Shown here in pieces: positions 30,083 through 39,026 of a stretch of 64,000 nucleotides of DNA (positions within the stretch are counted from its first letter, which is position 1; each line of letters opens with the position of its first letter). The position numbers were made by a program, and so were the translations under genes. This DNA comes from Prochlorococcus sp. AG-355-A09 (lineage in GTDB: Bacteria > Cyanobacteriota > Cyanobacteriia > PCC-6307 > Cyanobiaceae), in the NCBI GenBank assembly GCA_003280995.1, contig QCDG01000007.1, forward strand, positions 25,026-89,025. Reading direction: 5' to 3'. The notes under the pieces were generated by a model. The model did not search any database, was not told the origin of the DNA, and worked only from the letters and a program-made list of their open reading frames with translations.

Positions 30083-31084
30083 TTAAGTATCCTGCAACCA
30101 TTGAGATGCATCACAAGCATGATAAGTGAGTATTAATTTTGCTCCTGCTCTTTTAAAACTAAGCAATGTCTCTAAAACAATATCTTTTTCGTTAATCCAG
30201 TTCTTCATAGCAGCAGACTTTACCATGGAATACTCCCCACTAACGTTGTATGCAGCTATGGGCTTATTTGAAAATGTGCTTAGTCTATAAACAATATCCA
30301 AATATGAAATTCCTGGTTTTACCATCAAAATATCAGCTCCTTCATACTGATCCAATGCAGATTCAATTAAAGCCTCTTTTGAATTGGCAGGGTCCATTTG
30401 ATATGTAGACTTATTGTCTGGAATTACTTTCTTACTATTTTCTCTAGGAGCCGAATCCAAAGCAGTTCTAAACGGACCATAATAAGCAGATGAATATTTA
30501 GCTGTATAACTAATAATACCTACATCACTAAATCCTTCACTATCAAGAGCAGTTCTAATTGCTCCAACTCTCCCATCCATCATGTCACTAGGGCCAATAA
30601 AATCTGCTCCAGCTCTAGCTTGAGTTAAAGCTTGTTTTTTTAAAATTTCGATTGTTTCATCGTTCAATATTTTGCCAGTTTCATCAACTAATCCATCATG
30701 ACCATCACAAGAGTATGGGTCCAAGGCAACATCTGTCATTATTGCCATTTCTGGAATCTCTTTTTTTAATATTCGAATAGCTTTAGGTATTAAACCATCT
30801 TCATTAAAACATTCTGCTCCATCTTCAGTCTTTAAGCTATCGTCAATTTTTGGGAAAAGAACCACACACCTTATTCCCAATTCCCATGCCCTAGTAACCT
30901 CCTTTATTAAGCCATTAATATCCCATCTATAAGTTCCGGGCATTGCTGAAATGTCCTCTTTAAAATCTTTTTCATGAATAAATAATGGATATATAAAGTC
31001 CGATGCCGTTAGATGGTTTTCTCTAACCATTTCTCTAATTGCCTCATTTCTTCTTAATCTTCTTGGACGAATAATCGAATTCAT
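30083..31084 (-). CDS. hemB: Porphobilinogen synthase (ALA dehydratase)
   Basis: 333 aa. Has RPRRLRRNE, MVKPG..YLD and active-site Lys regions. Confidence 0.95.
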   Translation of the reverse strand: MNSIIRPRRLRRNEAIREMVRENHLTASDFIYPLFIHEKDFKEDISAMPGTYRWDINGLIKEVTRAWELGIRCVVLFPKIDDSLKTEDGAECFNEDGLIPKAIRILKKEIPEMAIMTDVALDPYSCDGHDGLVDETGKILNDETIEILKKQALTQARAGADFIGPSDMMDGRVGAIRTALDSEGFSDVGIISYTAKYSSAYYGPFRTALDSAPRENSKKVIPDNKSTYQMDPANSKEALIESALDQYEGADILMVKPGISYLDIVYRLSTFSNKPIAAYNVSGEYSMVKSAAMKNWINEKDIVLETLLSFKRAGAKLILTYHACDASQWLQDT

Positions 31085-31292
31085 TTGAATATTATTTAAA
31101 TTGAAAAATATTTATCTAATACATTAATCGCTTGCCTCGCACAAAAATTAATCAGAGACTACTTTTGTTCAGGAAAATTAACTAAAATTTATTTAATAAG
31201 AGCAAAAAAAGTTACAAAAATATTTTGCACAATCTTCATTTTTCACAAATTTACATCATTTAGAGATAATATCTTTTAGTTAAGTATTTATT

Positions 31293-32960
31293 TTGAGGAA
31301 AGCATCTTTGAACATAATTAATGGATTTCATCTGAAAAATGTAAGAGGCGATATTCTAGGAGGCATCACAGCCGCAGTAGTGGCTTTACCTCTCGCTCTT
31401 GCTTTTGGAAATGCTGCGTTAGGACCTGGCGGAGCAATTTATGGACTTTATGGAGCAGTAGTAGTTGGTTTTTTAGCCGCATTATTCGGCGGAACACCTG
31501 CTCAAGTTAGTGGACCTACCGGTCCCATGAGTGTAACTGTTGCAGGTGTAGTAGCAGGCTTGGCCGCAGTAGGGGTTCCAAGAGATCTTTCTGCAGGACA
31601 AATTTTACCTTTAGTTATGGCAGCGGTAGTCATTGGCGGCTTACTGCAAATATTATTCGGGATTCTAAAACTAGGTAAATACATTACTTTAGTTCCATAT
31701 TCTGTTGTTTCAGGATTTATGTCTGGTATTGGAGTAATAATCATTGCGCTTCAGATTGGACCATTACTTGGAATTAGCACTCGAGGTGGAGTAGTCGAAT
31801 CTTTAACTACTGTATTTTCAAATTTCCAGCCCAATGGTGCTGCTATTGGAGTTGCAATAATGACACTAGGTATAGTATTTCTTACTCCTAGAAAAATAAG
31901 TCAGTGGATACCTTCTCCTCTCTTGGCACTATTGATAGTTACTCCAATATCAATATTAATTTTTGGAGATGGAGCAATTGATAGAATTGGAGAAATTCCT
32001 AGGGGAGTTCCATCTTTAAATTTCCCAAGTTTTAATCAATATTTCCCAATTATTTTCAAAGCAGGATTAGTCCTAGCAGTACTTGGCGCAATTGACTCCT
32101 TACTGACATCTCTAGTAGCAGACAATATCTCTCAAACAAAACATAATTCTGATAGAGAACTTATTGGTCAAGGGATAGGAAATGCAGTTGCAGGTCTGTT
32201 TTCAGGTTTACCTGGAGCAGGAGCAACAATGAGAACAGTCATAAATGTTAAATCTGGAGGATCAACTCCTATCTCTGGTATGGTTCACTCAGTTGTATTG
32301 TTGATAGTTTTAGTTGGTGCTGGACCTTTAGCTGAGCAAATACCAACTGCGTTACTAGCAGGAATCCTTATAAAAGTAGGTTTAGATATAATTGATTGGG
32401 GATTTTTAAGGAGGGCTCACAAATTATCTTTAAAAACTTCAGTAGTAATGTATGGCGTACTTTTGATGACAGTTTTTTGGGATTTAATTTGGGCAGTTCT
32501 AGTAGGTGTATTCATAGCAAATATGCTCACTATCGATTCAATAACTGAAACTCAACTAGAAGGTATGGATGAGGATAATCCTTTATCAAAAGATGATCAA
32601 GCTAAAAATGCATTACCTGCTGATGAAAAAGCACTACTAGATAGATGTTCAGGAGAAGTAATGCTATTTAGACTTAAAGGACCACTTAGTTTTGGAGCAG
32701 CTAAAGGTATATCTGAGAGAATGATGCTCGTAAGAAACTACAAAGTTTTGATATTAGATATCACTGATGTTCCAAGACTTGGAGTGACCGCGACTCTGGC
32801 AATAGAAGATATGATGCAAGAAGCAAAAAATAATTCCAGAAAAGCATTTGTTGCAGGTGCTAATGAAAAAGTAAAAGATAGATTAGCTAAGTTTGGAGTT
32901 GAAGGGATTATTGAAACAAGAAAAGAAGCTTTAGAAACTGCTCTAAATGAAATAGCCTAA
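31293..32960 (+). CDS. SulP-family anion transporter with C-terminal STAS domain (BicA-like architecture)
   Basis: 555 aa from a TTG start. Has GDILGGITAAVVALPLALAFG and multiple TM segments. The STAS domain includes VMLFRLKGPLSFGAAK. Confidence 0.88.
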   Translation: MRKASLNIINGFHLKNVRGDILGGITAAVVALPLALAFGNAALGPGGAIYGLYGAVVVGFLAALFGGTPAQVSGPTGPMSVTVAGVVAGLAAVGVPRDLSAGQILPLVMAAVVIGGLLQILFGILKLGKYITLVPYSVVSGFMSGIGVIIIALQIGPLLGISTRGGVVESLTTVFSNFQPNGAAIGVAIMTLGIVFLTPRKISQWIPSPLLALLIVTPISILIFGDGAIDRIGEIPRGVPSLNFPSFNQYFPIIFKAGLVLAVLGAIDSLLTSLVADNISQTKHNSDRELIGQGIGNAVAGLFSGLPGAGATMRTVINVKSGGSTPISGMVHSVVLLIVLVGAGPLAEQIPTALLAGILIKVGLDIIDWGFLRRAHKLSLKTSVVMYGVLLMTVFWDLIWAVLVGVFIANMLTIDSITETQLEGMDEDNPLSKDDQAKNALPADEKALLDRCSGEVMLFRLKGPLSFGAAKGISERMMLVRNYKVLILDITDVPRLGVTATLAIEDMMQEAKNNSRKAFVAGANEKVKDRLAKFGVEGIIETRKEALETALNEIA

Positions 32961-32966
32961 TAATTT

Positions 32967-33965
32967 ATGGAAATAAGTCCAATTCTGCAAAATGTATTAG
33001 CCCCGCCAGTTCTTTTCTTTTTGATTGGAGCAATATCAGTACTCTTTAAATCTGATTTAGAGATACCAGCTCCATTACCTAAACTCTTCTCCTTATACCT
33101 ACTCCTAGCTATTGGTTTTAAAGGAGGTATAGAGATACAGAAAAGTGGTTTTACAGATCAAGTATTGCCTACTTTAAGTGCTGCAATACTGATGTCACTA
33201 GTAATCCCGCTGATTGGATTTTTAATTTTAAGATTTAAGTTTGATGTCTTTAATTCAGCCGCGATAGCAGCAGCATACGGTTCAATTAGTGCTGTTACAT
33301 TTATCTCTGCAGAAAGTTTTTTAGAAAGTCAAAAAATAGCTTTTGATGGGTTTATGGTTGGCGCTTTAGCTTTAATGGAGTCTCCTGCAATAATTGTTGG
33401 ATTATTACTTGTGAAATTTGCAGCTCCAAAAAATAGACCAAAATCAAGAAAAATGCATCTAAGCGCAATATTACACGAATCACTTTTGAATGGATCAGTT
33501 TATTTATTGCTCTCAAGCTTGATTGTAGGATTTCTCACTGCTTCCAGTAATCCCTCAGGAATTGAAAAAATGGAGCCTTTTACTGGACAATTATTCTATG
33601 GAGCAGAATGCTTCTTCTTGTTAGATATGGGAATAGTTGCTGCTCAAAGATTGCCGAGACTGAAAAATGCGGGTTCGTTCTTAATTGGCTTTGCCATTTT
33701 TATGCCTTTATTTAACGCATTTATTGGTGTTTTCGTTGCAAGATTTTTATCATTAGGACCTGGCAACGCACTTTTATTTGTGGTTTTATGTGCTAGCGCC
33801 TCTTATTTAGCAGTTCCTGCAGCGATGAGGATGACGGTACCAGAAGCTAAATCTAGTTATTATATTTCAACTACACTAGGTCTAACTTTCCCATTCAATA
33901 TAGTTCTTGGCATTCCCATATATATGAGTTTAGTAAATACCATTATCCCATTATCCCCCCTATAA
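32967..33965 (+). CDS. SbtA-like permease (sodium-dependent bicarbonate transporter superfamily, PF05982-like)
   Basis: 332 aa. About 10 TM segments. The N-terminus LAPPVLFFLIGAISVLFKSDLEIP...LLLAIGFKGGIEI is typical of that family (from memory). Lies 6 nt after the SulP gene. Confidence 0.7.
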   Translation: MEISPILQNVLAPPVLFFLIGAISVLFKSDLEIPAPLPKLFSLYLLLAIGFKGGIEIQKSGFTDQVLPTLSAAILMSLVIPLIGFLILRFKFDVFNSAAIAAAYGSISAVTFISAESFLESQKIAFDGFMVGALALMESPAIIVGLLLVKFAAPKNRPKSRKMHLSAILHESLLNGSVYLLLSSLIVGFLTASSNPSGIEKMEPFTGQLFYGAECFFLLDMGIVAAQRLPRLKNAGSFLIGFAIFMPLFNAFIGVFVARFLSLGPGNALLFVVLCASASYLAVPAAMRMTVPEAKSSYYISTTLGLTFPFNIVLGIPIYMSLVNTIIPLSPL

Positions 33966-33967
33966 AA

Positions 33968-34249
33968 ATGAAAAGGTTAGACTTGATATTTAGTGAAAGA
34001 GAACTAGATGCAATCATCAAAACATTAGAAAAAGCTAATGTTCCTGGATATACAGTTATGAAACACGCCACAGGCAGAGGGCCTGAAAGAGTTGTTACTG
34101 AAGATATGGAATTTACAGGATTAGGAGCAAATGCTCATGTAATTGTTTTTTGTGAGCAAGAATTAATAGATAAAATGAGAGATAACATAAGGGATGATTT
34201 AAGCTACTACGGAGGAGTTGCTTATATTTCTGAAGCAACACCCCTTTAA
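33968..34249 (+). CDS. PII-like signalling protein (SbtB-like position and fold)
   Basis: 93 aa. Beta-alpha-beta core with GYTVM and a T-loop-like GRGPERVVTEDMEFTG. Lies 2 nt after the permease gene. Confidence 0.7.
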   Translation: MKRLDLIFSERELDAIIKTLEKANVPGYTVMKHATGRGPERVVTEDMEFTGLGANAHVIVFCEQELIDKMRDNIRDDLSYYGGVAYISEATPL

Positions 34250-34272
34250 GTTAAAGAAGCAATATTTTATTT

Positions 34273-35229
34273 TTAAGAATGAATCCAATCCACTCTTATA
34301 TTTTTTCGACTATTTAAGTATCTATCAATTGACATTGCAGCAATACAACCATCAGAAGCTGCAACTACGGCTTGCTTAAATGGTGTATTTCTTATATCTC
34401 CAATAGCCCATACTCCATCTGAGTTTGTAGACATAAAGTCATCAACAATAACTCCTCCATCTTCTTTTAAAGCAATTTGATCCCCTAAAAAATCAGTAAT
34501 AGGCTTTGAACCACTCATATAGACAAACACGCCATCTAAATTTAAGTTGATAGGATTTTCTTCCTGTTTATTTTTTACAACAACTCCATTCACACCCATA
34601 TCATCGCCTAATATTTCCAATAATCTTGTTCTACTCCAATGTTTTATATTTGAATTATCCATCAATTCCATAGCTTCTTCGTTATCTGATTTAGGATCAC
34701 TTGATGTAATCCAATGAACGGTTGATGCAAATTTAGTTAGAACAGTTGCCTCTTCAATTGCCTCCTTGTTTACTCCAACAACTGCAACTTCTCTATTTTT
34801 ATAAAAAGCACCATCACATGTAGCACAATAACTTACTCCTTTGCCAAGAAAATCCGCTTCGCCCTTAAATGATGCAGGCCTACCCATGGCTCCACTTGCA
34901 AGTACAAGTGCTTTAGCTTTGAAAGTGCCTTCGGGAGTATAAACCATTTTCCATTCTCCACTAGTGTCTATTCCAAACACTTGCGCTCTTCTATAATCTG
35001 TACCATATTGCACAGCCTGTTCTCTCATTAGAGTAAGTAATTTCTCTCCACTTATATCAACTGGAACACCAGGATAATTAGCTATTTGATGAGTTATTGC
35101 TAAGGCGCCAACAGATGGATTTTTATCTAAAATTACTGTCTTTAAGTTGGAACGAGATGTATAAAGTGCGCAAGTACATCCGGCCGGCCCTCCTCCGATA
35201 ATAACTACATCTGACTCAATGATTTCCAA
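34273..35229 (-). CDS. Thioredoxin-reductase-family flavoprotein lacking canonical NADPH-binding motifs
   Basis: 318 aa. Has FAD motif GGGPAG and redox CATC. The second Rossmann motif reads VAVVGVNKEAIEEA instead of GGGxSA, and HRRxxxR is replaced by HWITSSDPKS. Confidence 0.8.
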   Translation of the reverse strand: MEIIESDVVIIGGGPAGCTCALYTSRSNLKTVILDKNPSVGALAITHQIANYPGVPVDISGEKLLTLMREQAVQYGTDYRRAQVFGIDTSGEWKMVYTPEGTFKAKALVLASGAMGRPASFKGEADFLGKGVSYCATCDGAFYKNREVAVVGVNKEAIEEATVLTKFASTVHWITSSDPKSDNEEAMELMDNSNIKHWSRTRLLEILGDDMGVNGVVVKNKQEENPINLNLDGVFVYMSGSKPITDFLGDQIALKEDGGVIVDDFMSTNSDGVWAIGDIRNTPFKQAVVAASDGCIAAMSIDRYLNSRKNIRVDWIHS

Positions 35230-35484
35230 TTTTAAAAAACTCCTTTTTTAGTAGTTAATTAGATGAGTTCTTGGTTTGAAGATATTTTTAAAGTAAATAC
35301 CTGAACCTATATATAGATATAAGTTAAAAGAAAAAAGAGAAAAAAGCTTAATATAGAAACAAACTTACATAGGAAAAACATAAAAAATTAAATATCAAAA
35401 TGATCAGCTACGTGAAATGTTCTGTATTGATCTATTATTAGTTCATATCGACAAATCAATTGCCGTTGAGACATTATATTTTTT

Positions 35485-35802
35485 ATGACCAACTCTGATT
35501 ACCTTTTAAAAGCTGCCATCAAGAAAGTAACCGAAAAATTAAACGAGATATTGATTGGCAAAATTGAAGAAGCAACAAATATAGCTCAGGATGCTCCTGA
35601 AATTCTCAAAAAAGAATTTGATAGTTTAAAAGAATCCATAATCGAAGAAGCCTCAAGAATGGAAAAAGCCGAAAATATTCAAGAAAATGAGTCTGCAAAT
35701 ACTTATCAAGATTCCAAAATACAAAAAGCTTTAAATGAAATTGAAGATATCAGTAAACAAATTGATCTCTTTAATAAAACCATAAATAATCAAATGAAAT
35801 GA
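35485..35802 (+). CDS. Hypothetical acidic coiled-coil protein
   Basis: 105 aa. Its stop overlaps the start of the ABC1 kinase gene (ATGA). Confidence 0.5.
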   Translation: MTNSDYLLKAAIKKVTEKLNEILIGKIEEATNIAQDAPEILKKEFDSLKESIIEEASRMEKAENIQENESANTYQDSKIQKALNEIEDISKQIDLFNKTINNQMK

Positions 35803-37466
35803 GTTTTCACATTCTTCATTATCGTTTAAAAAAGTTGAAGAGGGCCATTCTTATTTGGATAACTCTGATTTCACTTTTAATAAATTTGTGGATAGATAAT
35901 ATTAGATTTACAATTTTCCAAGCTAAGAAGAATGAAAAAAGTAGGGTCCAAATTAAAAGAGCTAGATGTTTTACTAATCAATTAATAAAGCTTGGTTCAG
36001 CATTTATTAAAATTGGACAATTATTATCAGCGAGACCTGATTTAATTCCTAATACCTGGATACAGGAATTGTCTAAATTGCAGGATCAAGTTCCTAATTT
36101 TTCATTTACGCAAGTTGAAGAGACTATAAGAAATGAACTAGGTTCTAAGTTTAATGAAATAGATCAAATAATATGTGATCCGGTTGGATCAGCATCACTA
36201 GCTCAGGTTCATAGGGCGACTTTAAAAGATGGTAAGAAAGTAGTTTTTAAAGTTCAAAGACCTAATTTAAAAGAATTGTTTATTATCGATTTGGGCATAA
36301 TGCAGCAAATAGCAGGATTATTGCAGAAAAATAAAAATTGGAGTCGAGGTAGAAACTGGGTTGAGATTGCTAAAGAGTGTAGGAAAGTTCTGATGAAAGA
36401 GCTTGATTTTAATTGCGAAGCGCAATATGCAGCAAGATTTAGGCAGCAATTTCTTGATGATGAAAATGTTGAAGTTCCTGAAGTAATTTGGGATATGAGC
36501 AGTGAAAAAGTACTTTGTTTAAGTTATATAGAAGGGACAAAAATAAGCGATTTAGAAAAATTAAAATCACAAGAAATTGATTTATCTAAAATTGCAGAGA
36601 TAGGTGCAATCAGCTACTTAAAACAATTAGTAAATTACGGGTTTTTTCATGCAGATCCTCATCCAGGGAATCTAGCAGTTTCAAGTGAAGGTAAATTGAT
36701 TTTTTATGATTTTGGAATGATGGGGAACATCTCAAATAATCTTCAAACAAGATTAGGGGGGATGGTTAAGGCTGCTGCTCTTAGAGACGCTTCATCACTT
36801 GTTATTCAATTACAACAAGCTGGGCTAATTTCAAAAGATATTGATGTAGGACCAGTGAGAAGATTAGTCAGATTAATGCTTAAAGAAGCCTTAACTCCGC
36901 CATTTAGTCCTAATATTATTGAAAAATTATCTGGAGATTTATACGAACTGGTTTATGAAACACCATTTCAACTGCCAGTAGATTTAATCTTTGTGATGAG
37001 AGCTTTATCAACTTTCGAAGGAGTTGGTAGAATGCTTGATCCAGGGTTTAACCTTGTATCAGTTACCAAGCCTTATTTAATAGAACTTATGACTTCAAAT
37101 AATCAAAGTCCCAACGATTTAATTAACCAATTTGGAAGGCAAGTAGGTGAACTAGGATCGAAAGCTGTTGGAATTCCCAAAAGAATAGATGAAAGTTTAG
37201 AAAGATTAGAACAGGGCGATTTACAATTGCAAATAAGAATGGGAGAGTCTGATAGGCAATTCAAAAAAATGTTTACGGCTCAAAAAACTTTAGGCCATTC
37301 AATTCTCATAGGAAGCTTATCAATTGCATCTGCTTTACTTGTAACCAATAAACAAAATAATTTTGCATTGTTGCCACTTTTTTTTGCACTACCAATAAGT
37401 ATTGATTGGATAAAGTGCCAATTAAGTATGAGAAAAGGCTCACGTTTAGAAAAACTTAAGCGCTAA
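35799..37466 (+). CDS. ABC1/UbiB/AarF-family atypical kinase
   Basis: 555 aa. Has GSAFIKIGQLLSARPDL, ASLAQVHRA, FHADPHPGN and two C-terminal TM helices. Confidence 0.9.
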   Translation: MSFHILHYRLKKLKRAILIWITLISLLINLWIDNIRFTIFQAKKNEKSRVQIKRARCFTNQLIKLGSAFIKIGQLLSARPDLIPNTWIQELSKLQDQVPNFSFTQVEETIRNELGSKFNEIDQIICDPVGSASLAQVHRATLKDGKKVVFKVQRPNLKELFIIDLGIMQQIAGLLQKNKNWSRGRNWVEIAKECRKVLMKELDFNCEAQYAARFRQQFLDDENVEVPEVIWDMSSEKVLCLSYIEGTKISDLEKLKSQEIDLSKIAEIGAISYLKQLVNYGFFHADPHPGNLAVSSEGKLIFYDFGMMGNISNNLQTRLGGMVKAAALRDASSLVIQLQQAGLISKDIDVGPVRRLVRLMLKEALTPPFSPNIIEKLSGDLYELVYETPFQLPVDLIFVMRALSTFEGVGRMLDPGFNLVSVTKPYLIELMTSNNQSPNDLINQFGRQVGELGSKAVGIPKRIDESLERLEQGDLQLQIRMGESDRQFKKMFTAQKTLGHSILIGSLSIASALLVTNKQNNFALLPLFFALPISIDWIKCQLSMRKGSRLEKLKR

Positions 37467-37471
37467 AAAAA

Positions 37472-38767
<1,296 letters not shown>

Positions 38768-38922
38768 TTAATTATTACTATTTAAATCCTATTAATAGCT
38801 GAACTATTTGGCTAATATCTGAAATATATTTGTTAACCAACTATAATTATAAATTTTATAAGAGCTTCGATATTATTTAGCGTTTTTTTTCATTCTAAAG
38901 TCCCCGCAAATACTCCCATCTA

Positions 38923-38960
38923 AATAATTTTCAAATTCATCTTACAATTTGAAAATTATT
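38923..38960. repeat. 15-bp perfect inverted repeat AATAATTTTCAAATT-N8-AATTTGAAAATTATT, 67 nt upstream of the clpB start
   Basis: Left arm 38923-38937, right arm 38946-38960, spacer CATCTTAC; checked base by base. A TAGAAT -10-like hexamer sits at 38987-38992. Confidence 0.85.
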
Positions 38961-39026
38961 GGATGATTATTAATGCAGATCCTATTTAGAATATTAATTA
39001 ATAATCAACTATAGTTTTTATAGTTT

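Noticed and set aside
35307-35316. Palindrome CTATATATAG in the TrxR-like upstream region
   Set aside because: It is a low-complexity (TA)n palindrome, expected by chance in AT-rich intergenic DNA.
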